Shown piece after piece: positions 9,384-18,393 of a stretch of DNA of 64,000 nt (positions are counted from its first letter, which is position 1; each line of letters opens with the position of its first letter). The notes beneath the pieces are model-generated. The model had not been told where the DNA came from. It worked only from the letters and a program-made list of their open reading frames with translations, and did no database searches. This DNA is from Acidobacteriota bacterium (lineage in GTDB: Bacteria > Acidobacteriota > Thermoanaerobaculia > Multivoradales > Multivoraceae): NCBI GenBank assembly GCA_029263415.1, contig JAJCXN010000048.1, positions 75,169 through 139,168 on the forward strand, given 5' to 3'. A program made the translations under genes and the position numbers.

Positions 9384-11111
9384 TTAGCTCTCGCCGGCAA
9401 GCCCAAGCTCCTTCATGCGACGATACAAAGTCGATCGACCGATCTCGAGCTCGCGAGCGACGGCGGACAGGTTGTTCTCGTTGCTGCGAATGGCAACTTC
9501 GATCTCGAAACGCTCCCAACGATCGACGCGTTGTTTGAGGCTGCCGTTAGCAGGCTCTCGCAGCACTGGGACCGCCTCTCGAATGGCGGGCTGCAAATGC
9601 GAACTTTGCAGCAGTTGATCGCGCTCAACGAACAGTGCCGCCCGCGCCATCTCCCGCTCCAACTGGCGGATATTGCCCGGCCATGCATAGTCCATCAATA
9701 CCTGCATCGCGGCTTTCGAGATGCCCAGCACGCGGTTGCCGGATTTGCTCGCCTCACGCTTTAGAAAGTAAGCAGCAAGGTTGGCGATGTCGGCGCGTCG
9801 CTCGCTCAGCGTCGGCAACTCAACCCGCCAGTCAGCGATGCGGTGGTACAAATCGCGACGAAATTGGTCGGCCGCAAGCAACGCGTCGAGGTCCTGATTG
9901 GTGGCTGCGACCACCCTCACCCGCGCTGGTTTCGGTTCCTGTCCGCCCAGGCGATACACCTCTCCATCTTGGAGGACCCGAAGAATCTTCGCTTGGGTAT
10001 CCAGAGCCATGTCGCCAATCTCGTCGAGGAACAAGGTGCCGCCATCCGCGAGTTCGAACTTGCCTGCACGCGGACTGACCCCGGTGGCAACGCCCTGTTC
10101 GATACCGAAGAGTTCGGACTCCAAGAGATCGCTCGGCAACGCCGCACAATTGAGGGCAACGAACGCTCGCGTGCTGCGCGGTGACGCCCGGTGAATGTAA
10201 CTGGCCAGCAGTTCCTTGCCGGTGCCCGAGCCACCAGTAATCATCACGCTGATTTCGCCTCTTGCCACCCGAGCAGCGTCTTCGTATATCTGCTGCACTC
10301 GAGGCACCACCGTTGCGGGCGAAGGCCCCTTCGGCGGCGCCGCTTCGTTTCGCTCCGCCAGTGGGACCTGTTGGCCGTCAACCAGCGCCATGAACCGACT
10401 GGCGGACTCGACCAGCGTCAGATTGCGCTTCGCCAAAGACGCCGCCAACAACTCCACTTCTACTCGCGCACTGGGCCCTTTGATCTCAACCGGGTAACCA
10501 GACGCTGGCGGGCCCAACTCGCGCTCTGCCTGGTACAAGAGACCGCCCAGCGCGCTCGAGATTCGAACGCTACGACACGGCAGGGTCTCGAACAGGCAGG
10601 CTCCGGCGACTTGGGCAGCTTCGGCCAAAGGAGCGCCGGTTTCCAAGCACGAGAGCCAGGACGGAAGGTGGTCTAGCGGAACCCGCTCCAGTGAACCAGT
10701 GAATGCCGTGGTCGGCGCGTACGCCGTCGCCCGCGACTCCTTTGCAGGTGGCTCAAACCTGACAGCCGGCACGGAGTCATCATCGCCCACCGCCTCGAGT
10801 CGCCCTTCGACGGTGCCGACGGTAACCGCCGCACCGACTTCGACCGTGGTCGGCGCGTCAATCCTCCTACCGCTCACCATGGTGCCGTTGCGCGACCCCA
10901 AGTCCTCTATCTCGACAGACCCAGCTATCTCGGGGGACTCAGCTATCTCGGGGGACTCAGCCAGAACTCGCACTAGCGCGTGACGTCTGGAAACGGTCGG
11001 GTCTGTGAGTAGCAGGTCGCTGGACGCTTCTGAGCCGAGCGTCGATTCCCCGACTTGCAAAGAGAAAGCCTGCAGCGTTCCGCCCGATTCGAACACCAGT
11101 CGAAAACTCAT
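9384..11111 (-). CDS. FHA-domain sigma-54 enhancer-binding protein (Fis-type HTH)
   Basis: FHA motifs VSRRHA and DLGSRNGT, Walker A GGSGTGKE, ESELFG, GVATG (GAFTGA variant), LFLDEIG, WPGNIRQL, C-terminal HTH. ATG overlaps the kinase stop (ATGA). Confidence 0.92.
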   Translation of the reverse strand: MSFRLVFESGGTLQAFSLQVGESTLGSEASSDLLLTDPTVSRRHALVRVLAESPEIAESPEIAGSVEIEDLGSRNGTMVSGRRIDAPTTVEVGAAVTVGTVEGRLEAVGDDDSVPAVRFEPPAKESRATAYAPTTAFTGSLERVPLDHLPSWLSCLETGAPLAEAAQVAGACLFETLPCRSVRISSALGGLLYQAERELGPPASGYPVEIKGPSARVEVELLAASLAKRNLTLVESASRFMALVDGQQVPLAERNEAAPPKGPSPATVVPRVQQIYEDAARVARGEISVMITGGSGTGKELLASYIHRASPRSTRAFVALNCAALPSDLLESELFGIEQGVATGVSPRAGKFELADGGTLFLDEIGDMALDTQAKILRVLQDGEVYRLGGQEPKPARVRVVAATNQDLDALLAADQFRRDLYHRIADWRVELPTLSERRADIANLAAYFLKREASKSGNRVLGISKAAMQVLMDYAWPGNIRQLEREMARAALFVERDQLLQSSHLQPAIREAVPVLREPANGSLKQRVDRWERFEIEVAIRSNENNLSAVARELEIGRSTLYRRMKELGLAGES

Positions 11112-14100
11112 TGCCCATCCCTCGTGATCAAACTCAGATCCAAATGTGGTGACAATTCCTGCAATTGCGCCAGAGACGCCGCCCTTGCTGCGCCCCACTT
11201 GGCTCGGGCGCTCGCACTCGGCGACAATTCGGCAAGCAGACCTTCGAGCGCGACCCGCGCCGCCCATGCTGCCGTCAGCGTAGGCTCGCGCTCGAGGATG
11301 CTACCAACGGTGGCCTCGCCCACAGTGGCGGCGCGCAGAGCCTCCGCAGCATCGACTGTGGCCAAGTACTCGGCGCGCCGACGCAAAGTCCGTGCGAGCG
11401 CCTCGGCATAGTAGGAATAGAACTCATCGGTCCGGCTCGCGCGCGCCTTGGTCAACGCCACTTCGAACGACGCCTTCGCATCGCCTTGCAACCGTGCCAC
11501 CTCACGTGCGCTCAAGAGCGCCATGCGCGCCTCGAGCACGGGAAACTCCGCGGGGTAGGTCTCGCGTAGCGGAGGTAGAAGCTCGGCCGCCTTCCTCAGC
11601 AAGGAGCCCACTGGCTGCCCGCGGTCAAGCCGCGTCCTCGCCTGATCCAGTCGAGAACTTGTCAGATTGAGCTGAGTCGTTGTTCGGTGCGGCGCTTCTT
11701 CGAGAATCTGTTCGAAGCCAGCAGCGGCTTCAGCGAAGCGTGGCTCGGCGTCGCCACCGCTGTCCGCCTCCCACAATGCTCGACTCCAAAGCATTAACGC
11801 AAGGTTGCCTCGCGCACTTCGATCCGCAGGGTCCGCACTCAGCGCGCGGCGGCAAGCGCTCTCGCTCCAGTGGTAGTACTCGGTCGGATCACTGCCGCGC
11901 AGCGACAGGTGGTACCCCCAGTGACTGCCCACGTTGCAGAGTTCGGCGGCGAGCTCTACTTCAACCAAGCCCGCGTTCAAAAGCCCGGTGGCGAAGGCGC
12001 CCTGGGCGCGCTGCCAAGCAGGCACCGGGTCCTCTCCACGGAGGCTAAGGAAGAGTCCATAGCGAGTCAGCGTTTGCCCGAGCTTGAGGTGTGAGTACGG
12101 ATCGCCGGGTCGCAAGTCAACAGCTTCCTCAAGTGCCTTCAAGGACTCCGCATACTGGCGATCCGGAGGGTCCCCTTGATCGCCAAGAAAATTACCCCAC
12201 ACCCAATGCAGACTCCCCAGGTGACTAAGCAATCCCGCATCACGGCGGACTCGCAGTCCCTTTCGTGCCAAGCCTTCCGTTGCCCGCAAGGTTGCTATCG
12301 GATCATCGCCACGGCCAGCCAAGGCGTTGGCCATTCGCCAACCCGCTTCACCAATGAGTGAATAGGCCGGAAGGTAGTCAGGGTTGCTTTCGAGCGCTCG
12401 GCCGCAAGCCGCCTGCGCGCTCGCAAAGGCGTCATCAGGCGGCAGCGCTTGCGCCACTCTAACTTCCATCGCTCGGATGTGGCCTCGACACTCCTGACTG
12501 AGAGCAGCCGGATCGCTACGACCAGCACCCACCGCGATCGCTATCGCCTCCAGGCCCTTTGCCAATGCGATCTGCGCTCCGGCGATGTGTCCCTTCGAAA
12601 GCTCAACCACGACCTCCCGCAGCCGAGCTTCTGCACGCAGCATTTCACCCTCATAAAACAGCGGGTTCGCCGCCGTCGCCGAGCTGCCGCGTTCTGCCGC
12701 CTCGTCGAATCGACCCTCGATCAAGGCCAACAAACCCGCGATGAACTGGGCCTCGTACACCCGCAGTCCCTCGGCAGTTTCCCGCGCTCCCTCGAGAATG
12801 CGAACTGCCCGGTCGGCTGTGCTTAGGCGCGCCTCCGCGACCGCGCTGGTGCGCGAGTCCGCCGACTCAAGACCTTGGGCTCGCTCAATCTCCTGACGAA
12901 ACCGCTCGGCCAGGGTGCGGCCCAATGCCAACTGGACCCCAGGACCATTCGCAGTCGATGATGCGGCCCCCTCTAAGGCTACCTCTGCCTCTTGCCAGTG
13001 ACCCAGCGCCATGAATCCGCGGCCTCGCGCGTAGTCTGCCGCCCCCCGCAGTCGAGCCGACATCGCTTGGGCACGGGCCTCGAGCGCAGCGATCTCCTCG
13101 AGCACGCGCCGCTCCTCTCCTCGAACATCATGGCGCGGGGCAAGATGAGCAAGCCGCAACGACGCTTCGAGACGCTCCACCGTCTGGCCCACTTCCTGGG
13201 CGAACGCTGCTTCGCGCGTTGAGCGGTTCTGGTTCCACACCGACCAAAGACCGAAGCCAAGCGTCACCAGCAGAGCGCTCGCAACCGCAACCGCCGCCAC
13301 TGGATTGCGCTGTGCCCTCCGCCACCAGCGCCGTGCCGCGCTGAGCGGTCGCGCGGTGACCGGCCGGCCGTCGAGCCACCGCTCGAGATCTTCACTGAGG
13401 GCCTGAGCGGTGGCATATCGCCGCTGGGGGACTTTCTCCAAACACTGTTCGGTGATCGCTCGCAGATCCATGGGTAGGTCAGGCGCCACCCGCGAAAGGG
13501 TCGGCGGATCCTCCTGCAACACCTTCACCAGTGAGCCCAGTTGTGAATCTGAAGCGAACGGTTGAACGCCGGCCAGCAGCTCGTACAAGAGAATCCCTAA
13601 GCCGAACACGTCGCTACGTCGATCCAGTCGCCGCAGATCACCTGCCGCCTGCTCCGGCGACATGTACCCTGGCGTGCCCAGGGCTTGGCCAGTCACGGTA
13701 AGGCCACGCGCAGCCGCAACAGTCTCACCTTCTGAAGGCTGCAAGCCGCGAGCGATGCCGAAGTCCAAGACGAAAGGCACTAATGCGCCGTCGTCGTGCT
13801 GCTCCACTAAGATGTTCGACGGTTTAATGTCGCGGTGAATCAGCCCCACCTCATGCGCGGCGTGCAGCGCGTCCGCGATGGTGTGCATGACCTGCACCTT
13901 GAGCTTCAGAGACCGGCCCTCGAGCGCTTCGTCCAGCGGCTTGCCGTCGATCAGTTGCATGCTGATAAACGGCCGCTCGTCCTGGTAGCCGACCTGGTAC
14001 ACCTTGGCTACGTTGGGGTGTTCGACCTTCGCTTGAGCGCGGGCCTCGCGCAGGAAGCGCTCCACCGCCTGCCGGTCATCGGAAAGGAGGTACTTGAGCG

Positions 14101-14188
14101 CAACCTCTCTGCCCAGATCCTCATCGAATGCACGGAGGACACGGCCCATGGCGCCTTCGCCAAGAGGGACTGCGGTGCCTAGCCGCAT
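11108..14188 (-). CDS. Ser/Thr protein kinase with TM helix and TPR-like C-terminus
   Basis: GEGAMG, VALK, HRDIKPSN, DFG, GTPGYMSPEQ, TM segment, long helical region. Confidence 0.93.
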   Translation of the reverse strand: MRLGTAVPLGEGAMGRVLRAFDEDLGREVALKYLLSDDRQAVERFLREARAQAKVEHPNVAKVYQVGYQDERPFISMQLIDGKPLDEALEGRSLKLKVQVMHTIADALHAAHEVGLIHRDIKPSNILVEQHDDGALVPFVLDFGIARGLQPSEGETVAAARGLTVTGQALGTPGYMSPEQAAGDLRRLDRRSDVFGLGILLYELLAGVQPFASDSQLGSLVKVLQEDPPTLSRVAPDLPMDLRAITEQCLEKVPQRRYATAQALSEDLERWLDGRPVTARPLSAARRWWRRAQRNPVAAVAVASALLVTLGFGLWSVWNQNRSTREAAFAQEVGQTVERLEASLRLAHLAPRHDVRGEERRVLEEIAALEARAQAMSARLRGAADYARGRGFMALGHWQEAEVALEGAASSTANGPGVQLALGRTLAERFRQEIERAQGLESADSRTSAVAEARLSTADRAVRILEGARETAEGLRVYEAQFIAGLLALIEGRFDEAAERGSSATAANPLFYEGEMLRAEARLREVVVELSKGHIAGAQIALAKGLEAIAIAVGAGRSDPAALSQECRGHIRAMEVRVAQALPPDDAFASAQAACGRALESNPDYLPAYSLIGEAGWRMANALAGRGDDPIATLRATEGLARKGLRVRRDAGLLSHLGSLHWVWGNFLGDQGDPPDRQYAESLKALEEAVDLRPGDPYSHLKLGQTLTRYGLFLSLRGEDPVPAWQRAQGAFATGLLNAGLVEVELAAELCNVGSHWGYHLSLRGSDPTEYYHWSESACRRALSADPADRSARGNLALMLWSRALWEADSGGDAEPRFAEAAAGFEQILEEAPHRTTTQLNLTSSRLDQARTRLDRGQPVGSLLRKAAELLPPLRETYPAEFPVLEARMALLSAREVARLQGDAKASFEVALTKARASRTDEFYSYYAEALARTLRRRAEYLATVDAAEALRAATVGEATVGSILEREPTLTAAWAARVALEGLLAELSPSASARAKWGAARAASLAQLQELSPHLDLSLITRDGQ

Positions 14189-14235
14189 GGCCAGCGACCG
14201 CGATCACGGGAATCGATCAAGAGCATTGCGCCAAG

Positions 14236-14273
14236 TGTTTCAGAACCGCGACACATGATCCGCATCTGAAACG
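14236..14273. promoter_or_regulatory. Tandem putative bEBP boxes upstream of the kinase gene
   Basis: TGTTTCA-N4-CGCGACA (14236-14253) and TGATCCG-N4-TGAAACG (14256-14273), 20 bp apart, the same layout as 15286-15323. Confidence 0.6.
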
Positions 14274-14661
14274 AGAAACTCCGACCCAGGGCTAGAACTC
14301 GCGAGCCGAGCCTCGATCACGCGCCATGAGATCCCTGCCCGTAGGCTGCCCGTTCCACCTGCCTAGATCCCACCGGACCTTGAGAGATGGCGGCGCCTCG
14401 GTGGCGCCGCCCCTATTCATGTCTGAGGCAACCGCTCGGCAGCCCCGCCAACTCGCAGGCCCCCCTTGCGAAGCGCACGTGCGCTGAGTTCGGGCAGCGT
14501 GGCCTTCGATGAAGTCTCAGGGAGGCTACGCACTTCCACCCTAGCGAGGCGTTTCGAACACGGAAAGGTCGTGGCACTGGATCCTCACGAATGGGTACTA
14601 CTCGGGCGAGGGCGTTGCAAAGCACTCCCTCGCCCGCTATCTAGTCGATGTAGCCCCGATA

Positions 14662-15090
14662 TCAGCTTGAGCAGATCTCGCTCCCGCCGACGCTGAACCC
14701 AGTCACGTCCCAGCGCACGTTACCGGTTTTCTTGACGTTGACGGCCAATGCTACGGCCTCCTCGTTCACCGTTAGGGTTGCCTGTACTGTCGCGGTCTTG
14801 CCCTCACCTTGAGCGAGCTCTCCCATCGCGTAGGCGGAGGGTTTTCCTCGCACGCCGGACTTCGCCTTTTGCTCCAGTGCGCCCATGTCACCGCCGCACG
14901 CCGATTGTGCCTCCGGAGTTAGGCCGCCAAACGCCAGATCCCACATGCCCATTTGCATCGACTGAGTAAAGGCATCGGCCGCGAACTTGGCTTGCTTCGT
15001 CTCCGTTTCGTCGAGACCTCCTCCGCCGCCGCACGCTGCTACACCCACGACTACACCGAGTATCAACAACATCATTCGTTGGGTTCTCAT
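14662..15090 (-). CDS. Small lipoprotein, hypothetical
   Basis: Lipobox VAAC, RBS AGGAG, alpha+beta pattern reminiscent of the NTF2-like fold. Confidence 0.8.
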   Translation of the reverse strand: MRTQRMMLLILGVVVGVAACGGGGGLDETETKQAKFAADAFTQSMQMGMWDLAFGGLTPEAQSACGGDMGALEQKAKSGVRGKPSAYAMGELAQGEGKTATVQATLTVNEEAVALAVNVKKTGNVRWDVTGFSVGGSEICSS

Positions 15091-15192
15091 CTTTCAACTT
15101 CTCCTGCGCCGAGAACGGCTACGAAGGAACTGCGGGAGTGCAATCCAAAATCGATCCTGGCCGTCCTATTGAATGGTGACGGCACACTCCTT

Positions 15193-15209
15193 CGCAATGT
15201 CGGTGCCAA
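15193..15209 (-). promoter_or_regulatory. Sigma-54 (-24/-12) promoter
   Basis: Minus strand reads TTGGCACCGACATTGCG (GG-N10-GC, matching TGGCAC-N5-TTGC), ~100 bp upstream of the 15090 ATG. Confidence 0.8.
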
Positions 15210-15285
15210 GATGCGATCAGACTAAGCCTCACTAGACAGAGCGGCGATTGAGCGATGCCGGCTCGAGCTTCAGGCAGTCCCGACT

Positions 15286-15323
15286 CGTGTCACTGGCGGG
15301 ACGCCTGTTCCGTTTTCGGAACA
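15286..15323. promoter_or_regulatory. Putative upstream activator sequence, tandem bEBP boxes
   Basis: Perfect palindrome TGTTCCG-TTTT-CGGAACA (15306-15323) preceded 20 bp earlier by the degenerate CGTGTCA-N4-CGGGACG. Lies between the two sigma-54 promoters. Confidence 0.7.
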
Positions 15324-15502
15324 GCTCGACGCATCGTCAACCAATCACAGGCGCCCAACAAAAAGCCTCGGACGACCCAACTGCGCCGGGCACTGGACGG
15401 AAACTCGACCGTCCGGAGACTTGGGATTGCCTCAGCGAGCGCCCCTTCCGGCCGCAACCTCGCCCCAACGCTCGAAGGTTGCGCGGCAGTCACGGCAGCG
15501 TT

Positions 15503-15518
15503 AGGCACGCTCCTTGCT
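15503..15518 (+). promoter_or_regulatory. Sigma-54 (-24/-12) promoter
   Basis: AGGCACGCTCCTTGCT (GG-N10-GC), 46 bp upstream of the ATG at 15564, which has an AGGAG RBS. Confidence 0.8.
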
Positions 15519-15563
15519 CTTGATGTCTCCCGGCACGGGTTCTTACCCTTACAGGAGATCGAG

Positions 15564-16073
15564 ATGCGACGGATCGAATTCAAGGCTCCTCACTTTCAGC
15601 AAGGATCCCAACAACGATGCCTCGCGCTGCTCACTCTCATGATCGCGATCGCAGCCGGTGGGTGCGAGCGGGACGACCAGCTCGACCCAGCCCAGGAAGC
15701 CGAACGGGCCGCGATGTTCTATGTGGCGCTGATGGAGCACACGGAAGAACTGCTGGAGCACAACGCGGCCGACCTGCCTGAACAGATTGAGGCCGCGCGT
15801 CAGCGATCTCAGGAGCTGCTAGAGCAGGTTTCAGTTGCTTGCAAGAACCTCACAAACGAGCAGTACGGCCAGTACAGCGGGCGCCAATTCCAGCTCGAAG
15901 GCACGGTGAAATATCAAAACGCGGAGCTCGTGCAAGACCGACTGATGGCCATCTCCGGTGCCAGGCCTGAGCTCGGTCCAGTGGCGCAGCGTTTTCGCAG
16001 CATCCGCGCCTACGGAGACGTCGTCGAACTCCGGAGTCAGTTTCCCGAAGACGCCGCCCGTTTGGGCCTCTGA
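15564..16073 (+). CDS. Probable lipoprotein, helical, hypothetical
   Basis: RBS CAGGAG, hydrophobic stretch ending AAGGC. The upstream part of the listed ORF (from 15255) overlaps the regulatory region and is probably non-coding. Confidence 0.7.
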   Translation: MRRIEFKAPHFQQGSQQRCLALLTLMIAIAAGGCERDDQLDPAQEAERAAMFYVALMEHTEELLEHNAADLPEQIEAARQRSQELLEQVSVACKNLTNEQYGQYSGRQFQLEGTVKYQNAELVQDRLMAISGARPELGPVAQRFRSIRAYGDVVELRSQFPEDAARLGL

Positions 16074-16121
16074 TCGCATTGTTATCGCTATCCGAACAAC
16101 ACACACCTTGGAGGCCACCAA

Positions 16122-16451
16122 ATGAATAGACGTCAGCGAAATCCGTATGCACAGCACCGTTCGGCCGCGAAAATGTTGATGACGGCCAGCTGCATTAGCC
16201 TGGCCCTCTTGGGCGCATGCTCTTCGTCCCTGCCCTCCGACCCAACGGAAGCCGGCAAGCAAATCGCCGAACAACGTTGCGACTGCACCAAAGCCGAAGC
16301 GCCCTACGTCGCGAGTTGCGTCAACACAGCCTCGAGAACTCTGCAAACCGGCACCGAAAAGTACGACGCGAAGGGCCGCATAGCAATGGTCAAATCATAC
16401 GAATCAGAGTTCGAGCGGTGTCCATGGGACAAGCCCGAGTTCTATGAATAG
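16122..16451 (+). CDS. Small Cys-rich lipoprotein, hypothetical
   Basis: RBS GGAGG, lipobox LGAC, four further Cys (CDC, C, C). Confidence 0.75.
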   Translation: MNRRQRNPYAQHRSAAKMLMTASCISLALLGACSSSLPSDPTEAGKQIAEQRCDCTKAEAPYVASCVNTASRTLQTGTEKYDAKGRIAMVKSYESEFERCPWDKPEFYE

Positions 16452-16507
16452 GAAACTCGAGTTGCGAACTACCAGAGACTTCTTCGTGCCGTTACAGCCG
16501 ATCCAGT

Positions 16508-16587
16508 CGAGCAAGCCGAGCAAGCCGAGCAAGCTTGTCGAGAGCCTCAACGCTACGGGACGGCTTTGATCCGGACAGCTTTGATCC
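16508..16587 (+). repeat. Short intergenic tandem repeats: CGAGCAAGC x3 and GGACRGCTTTGATCC x2
   Basis: Read directly from the sequence. Confidence 0.85.
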
Positions 16588-16806
16588 GGACTGCGCTTAC
16601 CGTAGCCGCCGTCCCATCGACCAACCTCGAACAACTCTCACTCCGAAGAGGAAAGCCAATGCGCTCCACACTCGTCGCTGCGGTTCGCTCTTTTCCTCAT
16701 CGCATTGCTGCAAACTTGCCTGCCAGCTACTGCAGTTGTCAGAACATCACTCTTCCGATTGACACATTTATCGGTACAGCCCTTGCCCGTCTGGCGGTGG
16801 CACAGA

Positions 16807-18033
16807 CTAGCCAGTAGGCTCGCCGTTTGGAGGTGAAGATGTGGTTTTTCCAGTCGGACCGCGCAGCCGCCGCTCAGACATTCTTTGAAAGTGTCTCCCG
16901 GCGTTGGGTTCCAGGGCGAGGCCCTGGTTGCCCCGCAGAGCAACTGGGGGTGATTCTGCAACCGGCAGTGTCCGCTCGAAGCGCTGGCCCATCGGCAGAT
17001 CGCACATTTCGTCATCGCAGGATTGCCAACGGATCTCACCAGAAATCGTCACCCCAGCGGTGTCAATCCGGGCTGCATTGTTGATCGTCAATGGCAGGCG
17101 CAGCTCGAACGAACCGTGATGAACTTGGAAGGACTCTCCGGTACCGGCAAGCGTATGAAGCTCGCTCGGCGGTCGCACCAGCGGGCGCTCTACGACGCTC
17201 TCATTCTCAGCGAGCACCACGTCCACCGCGATGGTCCCTTGTGGTGCAGGTTGCGCGTAAACGTGCCGGCCTGCAGGAACGCGGAATTGCACAACAAGAT
17301 CCCTCTGCACCGTAGCGGCGAGTGAGTCGCCGTCGAGGACGATGCTCACCTCTACCGCTTCGGGTGCTGCTGCGTCGACTCTTGCTTCAAGCATGGGCTC
17401 ACCTAGGACTGCACGTAGTAACTGCTCGGGACCCGGGCGGACGGCAAGGTTGTTTTCGAAGAACTTGTGGGTGATCGCGCCGTCCGCGCCAACCACGTAG
17501 CTGCCGGGGTAGGGAATGCCAAACCAGGGATGATCGTCCGGATCGATCAGCGTGTTTAGGATGCCGAACGATCGGATGACCGCTGAGTCTGGATCCGAGA
17601 GCAAGGGATAGCTGATGCCGTGCGCTTCGCCGAAGTCACTCAGCGCATCCGCCTCGTCATAGCTCAGCGCGTACAGCGCGACGCCCGCGGCATCGAAGTC
17701 CTTCAGCCCTTTTTGCAGCTCGACCAGCAGCGAACGGCAAGGAGGTCACCAGACCGCGGAACGGTAGAAGACAAACACCGCTGGTCTTCCTGCGCGATCG
17801 GCATGCAGATCGAAGGGCCTCGCGTCCGACGTGCTGCACTGCACGTCTGGCATGGGTTCGCCAACCTCGGGCCCAGTAGGGAAGGAACCCCGGGGATCGC
17901 TTCTCGGTCCGTTGCCAGGCTGAAAGGGCCCGATGAAGCCGTCGTGGTCCTGCCAGCCTCTGTCGGTCTGAATCGCGCGTGTCTCAAGCTCCAACTTCAC
18001 TACGTGTACTACCTCTCGTAATGGCGTGGTCAT
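16807..18033 (-). CDS. Selenoprotein: AhpC/TSA peroxiredoxin-like domain (UxxC) fused to a DsbD N-terminal-like domain, ~408 aa
   Basis: ORFs 17746-18033 and 16807-17604 are in one frame, separated only by TGA at 17746-17748. Read-through gives FYRSAVW-U-PPCRSLLVELQ...ALSYD...YPLLSDPDS. C-terminal WQSCDDEMCDLP. Confidence 0.88.
17707..17745 (-). promoter_or_regulatory. Candidate bacterial SECIS hairpin
   Basis: Just 3' of the UGA: UUGC-C-GUUCG-[CUGCUGGU]-CGAGC-U-GCAA, extendable by CCU/AGG pairing. Confidence 0.6.
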
Positions 18034-18393
18034 CCGGCTGGCAAAGTGTAGCCGAAGGTCCTCGGCCTAAGACAGATTTCGTGTTTGGGTAGGACGGTCT
18101 GCCGAGACGAGCTACCCAACCACACTTCCACCTCTCTACTCCGACCTCCGCTCTTCTACTCTCTTTGTACTTCCCTACTCTTTCTGGACGCTTCCCAGTT
18201 CTTGGTCTGGTTCGATCTTCAGTCCGCGGCCCTTTGGTTACTGCTGCTCCGCCGCTCTACCCCTCTGCCGCTCTGCCGGTGCCGATCCGCCCCATTCACA
18301 AGTTGCCTGCCGGTTACCCACTGGTTGCCCACTGATTGCCTGACAAGAGAGCTATCCGTTGCGTCTCCAGGGGGCCTCTACAACCGAGTCTCG

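Noticed and set aside
14389..14411. GGCGGCGCC-N5-GGCGCCGCC hairpin as a terminator
   Set aside because: No U-tract on either strand and ~250 bp from the nearest stop; function unsupported.
15353..15506. attC-like ends (GCCCAAC ... GTTAGGC)
   Set aside because: No extended complementary arms and no integrase; GTTAGGC is explained by the sigma-54 promoter.
17746..17748. Nonsense mutation (pseudogene) reading of the TGA
   Set aside because: It falls exactly on the catalytic Cys position, is followed by a hairpin, and both halves are intact. Sec is more parsimonious, though unproven.
18100..18310. Pyrimidine-rich tract and ORF 18085-18414
   Set aside because: Low-complexity intergenic DNA with no RBS or motif.
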